A stretch of DNA of 64,000 nucleotides from NCBI RefSeq assembly GCF_964194155.1, contig NW_027596118.1, positions 806,001 through 870,000 of the forward strand, in the 5' to 3' direction. The notes under the pieces were generated by a model that was not told the DNA's origin, did no database searches, and saw only the letters and a list, made by a program, of their open reading frames with translations. The translations under genes and the position numbers were made by a program. Shown here in pieces: positions 23,090-36,725 of the stretch. This DNA comes from Cetorhinus maximus (taxonomy: Eukaryota). How positions within the stretch are numbered: position 1 is the first letter of the stretch; every line of letters starts with the position of its first letter.

Positions 23090-26000
23090 CCCTCTCAGGA
23101 AATAGTCTTAAGAACTCCTCTCAGAAACTTCTCTCCGGAACCCCTCTGAGGAAGTTCCTCTTGTCATGCCGTACATAGAATACTTCTTAGTAAAATTACT
23201 CCTTCCAATGTGTATCACCTCACACTATTCAGGATTAATTTCCATCTGCCAGTTAACTGCCCATCAGACCATCCCGTCTAGATCTTCCTGTAACACAAGA
23301 CACTCGACCTCACTGTTGACCACCCGGCCAATATTTGTGTCATCCGCACACATACTAATGCTGCCCACCACATAGTCATCTATGCAGCTATCTATCCTCT
23401 CATGAACTCCTCTCAGGAACCACTCTCAGGAAGTACTCTCAGGAACACCTCTCAGTAAAAAATCTCCATAACTCCTCTCAGGAACTCCTCTCAGGGTATG
23501 CTCTCAGGAAACCCTCTCAGGAAGTTCCCCCAGGAAATCCACTCAGGAATTGCTCTAAGGATCTCCTCCCATGAACTCCACTCAGGAACTCCTCTCAGGA
23601 ACCCCTCTCGGAAATCCAGCCCAGGATCTTCTCGAAGGATCCCCTGTCAGGAAACCATCTTAGCAATTTCTCTTAGGATCCGCTCTCAGGAACTTCCCTG
23701 TTAAACCTGTCTCTTGAAGCGCTCTCAGGGTCTCCTCTCAGGAAACCTCTCAGGAATTCCACTCAGTAACGCCACTCAGAAAGCCCCTTTAGGAACCCAT
23801 CTCAGGGACGCCTCTCAAGAAACCCTCTCAGGAACCCTTCTCAGCAACTCGTTTCAGGAGCACATTTCACGAACTCCTCTCAGGAACCCCTCTCATGAAC
23901 TCCTCACAGGAGCCGACTCTCAGTAACTCCTCTCAGGAACTCCTCTCAGGAATGCCTCAGAGGAAACTTCGCATTAACTCCCCTCAGCAACTCGATTCAG
24001 GAACCCCTCTCAGGAACATCTCTCAAGAACCCCTCTCAGGAACTCTTCTTAGTAACACCACTCAGTAACTTCTCTAAGGAACCCCTCTCAGGAACCCCTA
24101 TCAGGATCTCCTCTCAGGACCTCATCTCAGGAATCCCTCTCAAGTACTTCTCGCATTAACTCATTTATGGAACCCCTCTCCAGAACTACCCTCAGTATAT
24201 CCCTCCCAGGAACCCCTGTCAGGAACTCGTCTAAGGAAGACCCCCACCCCACCCCCCAGGAACCCCTGTCAGGAACTCCTCTCAAGAACAACTCTCAGGA
24301 ACTCCTGTCAGGAAATCATCTCAGGGTCCCATCTCAGGTTCTCTGTTCAGTAATTCCTCTCAGGAATCCCTCTCAGGAAACACAGTCAGGAATTCATCTC
24401 AGGGATGCCTCTCAGGACCCCCTGACAGGAACCCCTGTCAGTTAATACCCGCTGTCACTTTGCTCATGACGCCTCTCAGGAACTAATCTTAGGAACTCCT
24501 CCCTGTATCTTCTCTCTGTAAACCGTCTGAGGAACACGTCTCAGGAACTCCTCTCAGTATCACCTATAAGGAACCACTCTCAGGAACCCCTCTCAGTAAC
24601 TGCTCTCTGGAACTCCTAACAGGAACACCTGTGAGAAACAACCCTCACTAAATCCTTTCAGGAACACCTCTCAGGGACTCCCCTCAGATGAATCCGTCTC
24701 ATGATCTCCTCTCATGAAACTCACTCAGGAACATCTCTCAGGAACTCCTCTAAGGAACACCACTCATTAATTCTTTTAGGAACCCCTCTCAGGAACCCCT
24801 ATCAGATTCTCCTCACTTGAACGCCTGTCAGGTACCCCTCTCAGGATCTCCTCTCAGGAACTCATCTCAGGAATCCCTCTCAAGTACTCCTCGCATTAAC
24901 TCCTCTATGGAACCCCTCTCCAGAGCTACACTCAGTAAATCCCTCCCATCAACCCCTGTCAGGAACACCTCTAAGGAAGCGCTCCCGCCCCCACACCCCT
25001 CCCACACAGGAAGCCCTCTCAGGAACACCTCTCAAGATCTACTCTCAGGAAGGCCTGTCAGGCAATCATCTCAGGGTCCCATCTCAGGATCTCTGTTCAT
25101 AATTCCTCTCAGGAATCCCTCTCTGGAACCACAGTCAGGAATTCATCTCAGGGATGCCTCTCAGGACCCCTTATCAGGAACCCCTCTCAGTTAATACCCT
25201 CTCTAACTCTCCTCATAACTCCTCTCAGGAACTAATCGCAGAAACTCCTCCCAGTATCTTCTCTCTATAAACCCTCTGAGGAAAACATCTCAGGAACTCC
25301 TCTCAGTATCACCTATAAGGAACCACTCTCAGGAACCCCTCTCAGTAACTGCTCTCTGGAACTCCTATCAGGAACCCCTCTCAGAAACACCCCTCTGCAA
25401 CTCCTCTCAGGAACCCCTCTCAGGAAAAGCTATATGGGACCCCCTTCAGGAACCGCACTCAAAAACTCCGCTCCGGAACTGCTATCAGGAACCCTTATCT
25501 GAAACAACAATTACTAAGTCCTATGAGGAACATCTCTCAGGAACGACTCTAAGGAAATCCTTTCAGGAACACCTCTCAGGGACTCCCCTCAGATGAATCC
25601 GTCTCATGATCTCCTCTCATGAAACTCACTCAGGAACATCTCTCAGGAACTCCTCTAAGGAACACCACTCAGTAATTCTTTTAGGAACCCCTCTCAGGAA
25701 CCCCTATCAGATTCTCCTCACTTGAACGCCTGTCAGGTACCCCTCTCAGGATCTCCTCTCAGGAACTCATCTCAGGAATCCCTCTCAAGTACTCCTCGCA
25801 TTAACTCCTCTATGGAACCCCTCTCCAGAACTACACTCAGTAAATCCCTCCCATCAACCCCTGTCAGGAACACCTCTAAGGAAGCGCTCCCGCCCCCACA
25901 CCCCTCCCACCCAGGAAGCCCTCTCAGGAACACCTCTCAAGATCTACTCTCAGGAAGGCCTGTCAGGCAATCATCTCAGGGTCCCATCTCAGGATCTCTG

Positions 26001-29000
26001 TTCATAATTCCTCTCAGGAATCCCTCTCTGGAACCACAGTCAGGAATTCATCTCAGGGATGCCTCTCAGGACCCCTTATCAGGAACCCCTCTCAGTTAAT
26101 ACCCTCTCTAACTCTCCTCATAACTCCTCTCAGGAACTAATCGCAGAAACTCCTCCCAGTATCTTCTCTCTATAAACCCTCTGAGGAAAACATCTCAGGA
26201 ACTCCTCTCAGTATCACCTATAAGGAACCACTCTCAGGAACCCCTCTCAGTAACTGCTCTCTGGAACTCCTATCAGGAACCCCTCTCAGAAACACCCCTC
26301 TGCAACTCCTCTCAGGAACCCCTCTCAGGAAAAGCTATATGGGACCCCCTTCAGGAACCGCACTCAAAAACTCCGCTCCGGAACTGCTATCAGGAACCCT
26401 TATCTGAAACAACAATTACTAAGTCCTATGAGGAACATCTCTCAGGAACGACTCTAAGGAAATCCTTTCAGGAACACCTCTCAGTAACTCCACTTGGAAA
26501 CCACTCTCAGGAGCTCTTGACAGGAAATCCTCTCAGGAACCCGTCTCAAGAACTCCTCTTAGGAACCCCACTCAGGAAGGCATCTCAAGATCTCCTTTAG
26601 GAACTCCCCGCAGGAACTCCTCTCAGGATTCCATCTCAGGAACTCCACTCAGGAACCCCTCTCAGGATCCCATCTCAGGAACTCCTCACAGAAGCCCCTC
26701 TCAGGAAATCCTCTCTGGATCCCTCTCGGGAATTCATCTCAGGTACTTCTCTACTGAACTCCTCTCATGTTCTCTTTTAGGCACACCTCTAAGAAACTCA
26801 CCTTAGGAACTACTCTCAGGAATTCCTCTCAGAAACTTCTCTATTGAACTCCAGTCAGGGACACCTCTCAGGATCTCTCCTCATCAACCCCTCTTAGGAT
26901 CTCCTCTCAGGAAGTCCCCTCAGCAGCTACTCTGAGGAATAACTCTCTGGAATCCCTCTCAGGAACTCCTCTCAGGAACTTAACACAGGAACTCCTCTCA
27001 GGAACTCCTCTCAGGATCCCCCTCAGGAGTTCCTCTCACGTGATTCTCCATTGAATTCCTCTCAGCAACTACTCTCAGTTTCTTATTTAAGCACACCTCT
27101 CAGGAACTCCTCTCAGGGCTCACTGTCAGGAATACCTCTCAGGAACTTCTCCATTGAACTCCTCTGAGGAACTCCTCTCAGGGATGCCTCTCAGTAACCC
27201 CTCACAGTTACAACATCTGTAACTCCTCTCATAACGCCTCTCAGGAACTTATTTCAGGGACTCCACACAGCAACGTCTCTCAGTAAACCCTCAGAGGAAC
27301 CCCTCTCAGGAAGCTCCTCTCAGTATCGCCTCAAAGGAACCGCTCTCAGTAACCCCTCTCAGTAATTGCTGACTGGAACTACTATCAGGAGCCCCTGTCA
27401 GAATCAACCCCCAGTAACTCCTCTCAGGAACAAATCTACGGAATTCCTCTCAGGAAATCCTCTCATGAACGCCTCTCAGTCACTCCTCTCAGGAAATCAT
27501 CTCAGGAAGTTCTCACAGGAACCCCGCTCAGTAATGCCTTTCCGGTTATCCACTCATTAGCTCTTCTCAGGATCGCATCTCAGGATCGCCTCTCAGGAGC
27601 TCTTCTCACTTACCCCTCTCAGGAGCTCCTCTCAGGAAGCACTCTCATGAACTCCTCTCAGGCACTCCTCTCAGGAACCCCTCTCAGGATCTCCACTCAG
27701 GACCTTCACAGGAATTCATCTCAGGAACATATGTCACGAACGCTCTCAGTAACTCCTCTCAGGAACCCCTCTCAGGATCCCCTCTAAGGAACCCATTCCT
27801 GGAATTCCTCTCAGTAAAACCTCTCAGAAAACCCTCCCGGAAACAACTCTTAGTAACTCCAATCAGGAACGCCTCTCAGAGACTCCTCTCAGGAAACCCT
27901 CTCATGAACCCGAATCACGATCTCCTCCCAGTAACCCCTCTTAGGATCTCTTCTCAGGAACCACTCTCATGAACTCCTCTCAGTACCTCCTCTGAGGAAA
28001 ACCACTAAGGAACACTTCTCAGGATCTCCCCTCGTGAACCCTTCTCAGGAACTACACTCCGGGCCGCCTCTCAGCAACTCCTCTCAGGAAACCCTCTCAG
28101 TACCCCCTCTCAGGAACACCACTTTCGAACCCCTCTCAGTAATTCCTCAAAGGGTCTCCTCTCAGGAACCATTCTCTGAACCTTATCAGGAACGCCTCTC
28201 AGTAACCACTCTAAATAAGCCCTCTCATTAACTCCTATCAGGAACACCTCTCAGAAAAAAAACCCTCAGTAACTGCTCTAGGGAAGACATCTCAGGAACT
28301 CCATTCAGGAACTCCTCTCAGGATCTCCTCTCAGGAACTCGTCTCAAGAATTTCTCACAGGAAACATTCGCTGGAAAACCCTCTCACGAACCACTCTCAG
28401 TAACTTCAATCAGTAATTCCTCTCAGTAACTCCTATCAAAAACCCTTCTCATAAACAGCCATCGGTAACTCCTCTCAGGAACTCCTCTCAGGAACTCCAC
28501 ATAGGAATAATCCCAGGGAAATCCTCCCAGGAACTCCTCTGAGAAAATCATCTTAGTCTCTCATAACGCCTTTCAGGAACTCCTTTCAGGAACACCCCCA
28601 GTAACGTCTCTCAGTAAACCCTCAGAGGAACAGCTCTCAGGAGCCACTCTCAGTATCCGCTCTAAGGACCCCCTCTCAGGAACCCCTCTCAGTAATTGCT
28701 CCCTGGAACTCCTATCAGGAGCCCCTGTCAGAAACAATCCTCAGTAACTCCTCTCAGGTACAAATCTATGGAATTCCTCTCAGGAACTCCTCTCATCAAC
28801 CCCTCTCAGTCACTCCTCTCAGGCACTTCTCACAGGAACCCCACTTAGGAACGCCTCTCAGTAACGCATCTCTGTAACTCCCTCTGTAACTCCTCTCCGG
28901 AACTCCTCTCAGCAACTCCTCTCAGAAACACCTCTCAGGAACCCCGCTCAGGAAGTCCCCACAGTAACAACACTCAGGAAACCCTCTCATGAACACTTCT

Positions 29001-31800
29001 CAATAATTCCTCTCAGGAAACACTGTCAGGAACTCCTGTCAGGAACTCCTCTCAGGAGCCCCTCCAACGTCTCCTCTCAGGAACGCCTCACAGGATCTCC
29101 TCTCAGTAGCTCTTCCCAGGTACCCATCTCAGGATCTCCTCTCAGGATCGCCTCTCAGGACCTCTTCTCACTTACTCCTCTCAGCAGCTCCCCTCAGGAA
29201 GCACTCTCATGAAGTTTTCTCAGACACATCTCTCAGGAACCCTTTAGAGGTTGTCCACTCAGGAACCCTTCCCATGAATTCCAAGCAGGAACACATGTCA
29301 CAAACCCCTCTCAGTAATTCCTCTCAGGAACCCCTCACAGGAACCCCTCTAAGGAACCAATCTCAGGAACTACTCTCAGAAAAACCTCTCAGAAAACCCT
29401 CCCGGAAACAAACCTTAGTAACTCCAATCAGGAACCCCTCTCAGGATCTCTTCTCAGAAGCCACTCTTATGAACTCCTCTCAGTACCTCCTTCAGGAACA
29501 CAACTAAGGAACACCTCTCAGGATCCCCCCTCATGAACCCCTCTGAGGAATTCCTCTCTGGACCTCTTCTCAGTAACTCCTATCAGGAACCTCTCTCAGG
29601 AACACCTCTTATGAAACACTCTCAGAAATTCCTCAAAGGCACACCGCTCAGGAACCACTCTCTGAACCCTATCAGGAACGTGTCTCAGTACCCACTCTAT
29701 GTAACCCCTCTCATTAACTCATATCAGGAACACATCTCAGAAAAACCGCTCCGTAACTCCTCATGCAAAAGCATTTCAAGAACTTCACTCAGTAACTCCT
29801 CTCAGGAACTCCTCTCAGGAACTCCACACAGGAATATCTCCCGGGAAAGCCTCCCAGGAACTCCTCTCAGAAAAATATTTTAGGCTCCCCTCTCCAGAGC
29901 CCAATTCAGGAACTTCTCTCTGGAACCCATCTCAGGAATTCCTCAAAGGGACTCCTCCCAGGAACTCGCCTCTGAACTGCTCTCATGAACGCCTCTCAGT
30001 AACCCCTCTAAGGAAGCCATCTCATGAACTCCTCTAAGGAGTCATTCTCAGGGACCCCTCTCATGATCGCCTCTCAATAATGTTACTCAGGAGCTACCTC
30101 TCAGGAGCTACCTCTCAGTTTCTTCTTGCAGGAACCCCTCTCAGGATCTCCTCCCAAGTAGCCTCCATAGTAACTACTCTCAGGAATTCCTATTAAGAAC
30201 TCCTCTCAGTAAATCCTCTCAGGAACCCCTCTCAGGATCTACTCGCAGGAACCTCTGTCAGGAACTCCTCTCAGTAAACTCATATCAGAAATCCCTCTCA
30301 GGAGCCCTCGTCTGCAAAATGACTTAGGAGCCCCACTCAGCAACTCCTCACACGAAACACTCTCAATATCCCCTCTCAGGAACACCTCTCAGGAACCCCT
30401 CTGAGGAACAGCTCTCAGGGCCTCCTCTCAGGTACCCCTCTCAGGAACTCCACACAGGAAACGCACTAAGTAACCCCTCACAGGAATCCCTCCCAGGACA
30501 GCTTTCAGGATATCCTCTCACGTAACACTCTCAGGAAGTTTTCTCTGGAACACCTCTCAGGAACCCCTCTCAGGGAGTCCTCTCAAAAACTCCTCTGAGG
30601 TACTCCTCTCAGGGACCCCTCTCAGGATCTCCTCTCATCAACCCCTCTTTGGATCTCCTCTCAAGAAGTCCATTCAACAGCTTCTCTGAGGAATAACTCT
30701 CAGGAAACCCTCACAGGAGCTCCTCTCAGGAACTCCTCTCAGGAACTCCACACAGGAAACCCTCCACAGGATATCCTCTCAGGATCATTCTCAGAAATTC
30801 CTCTCAGGTATTTCCCTATTGAAATCCTCTCAGGAACTCCTCTCAGGTTCTCATTTAGGCACACCTCTCAGGAACAACTCTCAGGAATTCCTCTCTGGAA
30901 CTTTTCTATTGAACTCCTCTCAGGGACGCCTCTCAGTAACCCCTCACAGATACTACCCTCTGTAACACCTCTCATAACGCGTCTCAGGAACTCCATTCAG
31001 GAACTCCTCCCAGTAACGGCTCTCTGTAAATCCTCAGAGGCACACCTCTCAGCTGTGCCTCTCAGTATCCCCTCTAAGAAACCCCTCTCAGGAACCCCTC
31101 TCGGTAACTCCTCTCTGTAACTCCTTTCGGGAGCCCCTGTCATAAACAGCCCTCAGTAACTCCTCTCAGGAACATATCTCAGCAATTACTCACTGGTACC
31201 CCTCAAATGAAATCCTCTCACGAAATCCTCTCAGCAACTCCTCTCATGAACCCCTCTCAGTCACTCCTCTCAGGAACTTTTCACACGAACCCCACTTAGG
31301 AACGCCACTCAGGAACTTATCTCTGTAACTCCCTCTGTAACTCCCCTCAGGAACTCCACTCAGCAACTCCTCTCATCAACTCCTCTCAGGAACCCCTCTC
31401 AGGACGTCCCTTCAGAAGCAGCACTCAGTAACCAGTCTCAGGAACCACCCTACGTTACCCCTTCAGGAACTCCTCTCTGGTACTCCTCTCAGGAAGAACT
31501 CTCAGGAACACCTCTCATGTACTCCTCTCAGGAACTCCTCCCAGGAACTCCTCTCAGGAACTCCTCTCAGGAACTGCTCTCAGGAAGCCATCTCAGAAAC
31601 TCCTCTCAGGAACACCTCTCAGAAACTCCTCTCAGGAACTCCTCTCAGGTTCTGCAAACAGTAACTTATCTCAAGAACCCCACTCAGGAACTCCTCTCAG
31701 GAACTCTTCTCAGGAACTCCAGTCAGGAACTCTTCTTAGGAACTCCTCTCAGGAACTCCTCGTTCGAACCTCTCTCGGTAGCCCCACTCAGGAACCCCTC
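23090..31800. repeat. Satellite array, 13-bp monomer CTCAGGAACTCCT (several hundred diverged copies)
   Basis: Continuous tandem array; spurious ORFs show the 13-aa period LRNSSQELLSGTP; contains a 905-bp tandem duplication. Confidence 0.97.
23160..23390 (-). mobile_element. Internal CR1 RT fragment embedded in the satellite edge
   Basis: Minus-strand ADDTNIGRVV..LQEDLD..W..EINPE.CEVIH motifs. Confidence 0.75.
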
Positions 31801-32531
31801 ACAGTGCCTCTGCTCCGAGTCAACCCTCCATCAAAATGTTTTGATGAAGATGTTGAACTGATTGCTCAGGACTGATATAAAATAAGACTTTGTTTTATTT
31901 GGGGCGGTTCCTATCTTGTTGAGAGGCTGTTCGGAGAACACACCTTTAAACCAACACCTCTGCCAACATCTCTGCCTTACCGCGTTCCCTTCCCGTCCTG
32001 CACTCAGACAACTTTAGCTGCTCTCCCCCATGTCACCCCAGCTTATCCTCAATCAGTCACCCCATTACAACTCGTCTCCCGCAGCTCCCACGGCACCCTA
32101 GCACCCCGTAACACTCCTCTTCACCCCATCAACACTAATTTCCCCATTCCACCATGATGTCTCACCGAACGCAATTTTCCCCCATCAACACAGCTATTCT
32201 TGTTTCCAGACTAGGCTCCCTGCCGTCATGCCCGGATATCCCCATCAACCCATATCTTCATTCATGAATCTTGTTGCCTCAATAGCCTCAGCTTCCCCCA
32301 TCGACAGTAGCTCCTCCATCACCTCTCGCTCCCCCATCATCCCTGCTAGCCCCAAACCTCTGACTTCCACCCTCAAACCATCTTTTATTCTCCAAGAACT
32401 TCCACTTAATTCTTCCTGCCTTCCCGCGTATCATCAACCGTCTGATCAATCAGGTAGAATGATTCTGAAATGCTCAATAAGTGCTGACGAAAACTTGTAA
32501 GTTTGGTATTGTACATTTCTCTTCCGCTCAG

Positions 32532-33366
32532 CTAACATAGTGACGATTGTGTCACATTTGCAGAAAGTGTGGTCTCTCCAAATGTGACACTCGGCAAATG
32601 GTGACTATGGCAGTGGCAAACCTGGTTTCTTCAGCCTGATATTTCGACACTTTCTGATTGTTTTCTAAAAAGAGTTATGTTTCTTGAACTCCACCACCGT
32701 CTGAAATGCCAATACTATCAGCCACTGACTGTTCTGCCTGGTTCACAGTCACTCGCACCATTGAAAGCTCTGTAGCCATTTGTTGCCAAAATCTGACATG
32801 TAAGTATTGTGCTGGAGAAACAGCGGCTGATGTTCGGGTAATCATAACTTTTTTGCGCTGTTTAAGGAACATTTCCTGATATTTATTGTTAGCAAATGAG
32901 TATTGGCTGGCGACAAAAACCCGCTCTGTTTAGTGACAACAAATGACCTGCATTTTCTGGCCTGGAGAATAATCGAGTTCCTCAATCACATTCTAACCCT
33001 GGAGAGGCGATTTGCCCGGCTTCTGCTGCTCAATGGTTTCACTGTCAGGCACGGGTTAGTGACCAGCACAAGCTGCAGGAGATGCCAGGCTATCAAACAG
33101 ATGGAAAATCGAAGTGAACTCAACATTTTACTTTTGTCCTCTCAGCCAATTGCATCAGGTTATGGTCAACGTTTACGGTTTATTCTCTGTGATGGCAGAT
33201 GTTGGATGCGTTGTCTAGTTTTATGTTTCCAGGCAATTTTGTGCAAGTGTTTGGCTTCATTCTGCAGCTCCTGAATTGATGCACAATCATTTGCATTTAT
33301 ATTGTGACTCAGAATATGTTGCGATTGCATTTGAAGAATGTGCTGGAAAATGATTGAAGTAACTGA
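32532..33366 (+). pseudogene. GPR139-like: GPR139-like paralogue D, heavily decayed exon 2
   Basis: Acceptor TTTCTCTTCCGCTCAG ending at 32531, then (A)NIVTIV..KCGLSKC..MAVANL, ATDCSAWFTV, AICCQNL.CKYC, EFLNHIL, LNGFTVRH, GFILQLL, LKNVL, with many frameshifts and stops. No exon 1 found. Confidence 0.85.
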
Positions 33367-33869
33367 AACACTGTTGGTGGGCAGCATTGTCTAATGCTAA
33401 TTCAGGTTTTCAGCGTGTGGAGGGGCTTGCCAGCAATGCAAATGAGGAAACGTGGGCTGGTCGCAAATGGTAACATTGTCTGTTGAACAATTGGCATTTA
33501 CAAAATGAAGGTACCTCGGTCTGATAAGACATCATAGTCTCCAGAATAACAAGCACTCCCATTGGGCAATCGACTGGTCCACTTTCCTTCTCCTTCACAC
33601 CAATTGTACAAGGAGCCCTCCCAGCAGCATCACCCAAACATCCCAGCACTCCAACCGCCACCCCCCCCACCCCCCACCACCCAACTGCATTTGGCCAGCC
33701 CACATGTCCATTATAACACATTCCACAATTGGCCCTTGCATATGTTGCACATATTTTGGGGACTGATGAGGTGAGTTACTTAACTCAGTGCTCCCAGACC
33801 CCGGCCTGGTCTTGTAGCAAAAACAGCAATCGCTTTACTGATGAACATGAATGGTAAATGTGATTTTAC

Positions 33870-34545
33870 AAAATGGGACTTTGTCTTTGTTAAATCTCCC
33901 CACGAGCCTCCACGCATCTTGCCTCATCCATGTCTCCCATTTTTATCATCCATTGCCTTCTCTCTCACCTGCTTTCCTGGTTTCCCCTTGAAGAGTTTTA
34001 TAATGTTCACCTGAACCATCCCATCCCGTAGCAATTTCCACATCCTCACGACTCACTGGACATGAGGTCCCTGCTGAATTCCCTATTGGATAATTTTCTG
34101 ATTGTCGTACATTGTTGACGATTTAGTTGCGTCCCTCCCCATCAGAGGAATTATTCTCTCTGTATCCAATCTCTCAAAATGCCTGCATTTTAGACACCTC
34201 TATTGTGCCAACCCGGAGACTTGTTCACACTTTTCCAGAGAGAAGAGGAGAGCTTGAAAACTCCTCTTGATCTGTATGCCCGCACATTCCTGGCATCATC
34301 TTTATCAATCCTCTCTGCGCGAGTTCATCTATATCGCTTTTATAACCATGCATGTTGACGATGCGCACAATTGTCCAAGTTTTGTCAACAAATGTTTTAA
34401 TCTGGTTCAGCATATCTTTCCGACTTTTCAATTCTATCCCCAAGGCATGTAGCCTAGTCTTTGGTTTGGATTTTTTTTAACGCCCTGTCAACATATAGGT
34501 CAATTTGTAGCGATTGATGCATTTTTACTCCGAAATCGTTTGTAC
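33870..34545 (-). mobile_element. Decayed CR1 3' fragment
   Basis: Minus-strand GIELKSRKDMLN..ELAQRGLIKMMPGM. Confidence 0.65.
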
Positions 34546-35206
34546 CTCTACCCCTTAGGGAGGAAAGATGGAAGAAGAAGAGCCTCGTTTTCTTGTGTCA
34601 CTGGGATCAGTTCTGGACAGCGGGCACATTTCAGGGTATGTGGGTTGAATCGGGGGCCACTATCGTCATAAGTGAAAGGGGTTTTTGGGGGTGGTGGTGA
34701 GGCATGGGACAAGGAACACATGTACAAGCCAATTCCGTTTGCTGGTGAGGCGGGCTTCATGACCGTCTGCTGTTGCCGATGTGGAAGCTTGAACTGAAGC
34801 GCCAGTTGAGCCCTCATTTAGCGTCAGGTGACATCTTGGTGAAAGGGATTTAATCCAGATCCTCAAAGTGACATCACCTAAAAATAGAGAATGTTTGTGC
34901 TGCTATGCCATATTGGACGCCTTGTAGAATTGTCATAGATGATATCAGTGGAGACTGGGTAGGTCCACAATAACTAAAATGCTATTATTTGCTGTCTCTT
35001 TAAAGGGCCCGGAACTGAAATGATGGGTTTACATTTGGAGAGGGGTTTAATGGTTATGGGATAAAATTGGAGTGATGGTGTTCAGCACACATCAGACAGC
35101 TGTCAGTTGAAAGAAGGGACATGCTTGGTGTGCGAAATCGATTCCTCCTGTTCCAATCAATATTGATCTACGGTGGCTACTGTGAAATATGCTAACCTCC
35201 ATTAGG

Positions 35207-35347
35207 CTCAGTTCCAATAAAGATCATCTGTGCTCCAGCTATCTCATTGTGACTCTGAGGTGCTCAAGAGAAGACCTGGAAAGCTTTATTATTGGTACTT
35301 GGATTTCTGGTGCACTACCAGCACAGATGCTCTTTATTGGAACTGAG
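35207..35347. mobile_element. 141-bp element with 28-bp terminal inverted repeats (MITE-like)
   Basis: CTCAGTTCCAATAAAGATCATCTGTGCT (35207-35234) versus AGCACAGATGCTCTTTATTGGAACTGAG (35320-35347), one mismatch. Confidence 0.65.
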
Positions 35348-36059
35348 GAGCAATTATGTAGTTAATAATAACATGCACACAATGATGATTGTCTCCACTT
35401 TGAGCAAGATAAAGAGACAGTCACCCGAGCCGGGTACTTGTTAACCAACAGAGAGACCGATCTGTGTAATGATTGAACTGGAAGAGGTTTAAAATAATTG
35501 TTAATGATTTATAAGGTAAGAGAGAATCTCCGGAGAGGAGCTCCATTTATCCCATGGACCAGCTCCTTGATCTTCGAAATAGCTGCCGAATACCGGCCAC
35601 TCTATCTCTTCACAATCTCTTTTTCTCAGCCGTCGTTCTTTTTTCCGTTCTTTTACGTCCACAACCCCTCATTTGTGATTTAACATTGCACCTTCTTCCA
35701 TTACCCTTTCAGGAATCATCTTACAGGTCACATGGACAGTTTCTGTATAAATACTTTTTCCACATCTTCCAACGGGTTATCTGCCAATTACCTTCAATGT
35801 GTTTCACCCGATCATCCAAAATCCCACACTGATTGCCACTATTGGAAGAAAGGCAGATGTCTCCCTTGGGGTCGATATTGATCATTTGACCAGCATCAGC
35901 AAAACATATTACTTGGTTATTAACTCACTGATGAGTTTCGATGCTTGAAACATTAACGACAGTAACTCATTATATGTTCAGAGCTCTGGGGCAGCCCAAG
36001 GACGGCAATGGTCTGCAGTAATTCACCCATTTCATATGTTCGTTTTCTGCATTTCCCCT

Positions 36060-36235
36060 CATCTCTCTCTCTCTCTCTCTCTCTCCCTCTCTATCTCTCT
36101 CTCTCTGTCGCTCTCTCGCTCCGTCGCTGTCCTTTTCTCTCCCTAACCCCTTCTAGCTCAGTCTCCCTTCCTCTCTACTTCCTCTCTCTCTCACTCTCTC
36201 GCTCCGCATCTCCCTCTCGGCGCTCGCTCCCTGTT
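36060..36235. repeat. (CT)n-rich microsatellite
   Basis: Direct observation. Confidence 0.85.
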
Positions 36236-36289
36236 CTGCCGCGTGTTGACATAGGCATAACAGGTATCACTAAGACAATGCCTAATAGC

Positions 36290-36725
36290 ATAATATTATT
36301 CACTATACATTCAAGATTCATTCTATATACACGTGTTAAACCTCTGAGCTGGCAAGCAGTCAAGGCATGCTCTTTATTTCGTGAAAGATTAAATAAATGT
36401 TCATTAGTTACCCATAAAGTAACTACCTCTTCATTAATCTGTTTAAAATTCTCTCGGGCTTTTTGCAGTGTCCAGGGACCATAGGTGCTGGAGACATCAT
36501 TTCTGCTTGCTTCATCTGAAATATGTTTTCCTATCCCGATCAATTTATTGATAGTCCCCGCATGACCTTCCAAAACTGTAGCCAGGTTACGAATTAACTG
36601 TATCATGTCATGGCCTGTATTAAATTGGTTGTTGTGAATTCCCTGTCCCCGTTTAAAATGTCCTTAAGCTTGGAGATCAAGGACCGGACATTCTGGTCAA
36701 TAGTGTACAGGTCAGTTGAGTTAAC
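36290..36725 (-). mobile_element. Putative retroviral/LTR-element envelope (class I fusion) fragment
   Basis: VNSTDLYTIDQNVRSLISKLKDIL (frameshift at about 36620) then MIQLIRNLATVLEGHAGTINKLI...LTACQL. This is a heptad-like helix after an NSxD motif; not CR1 sequence. Confidence 0.4.

Noticed and set aside
23090-31800. CRISPR-like regular repeat
   Set aside because: Head-to-tail monomers without unique spacers, no cas genes, and eukaryotic context.
23498-31861. Many Ser/Pro/Leu-rich ORFs in the satellite
   Set aside because: By-products of translating a 13-bp tandem repeat; frames break randomly and there are no splice or coding signals.
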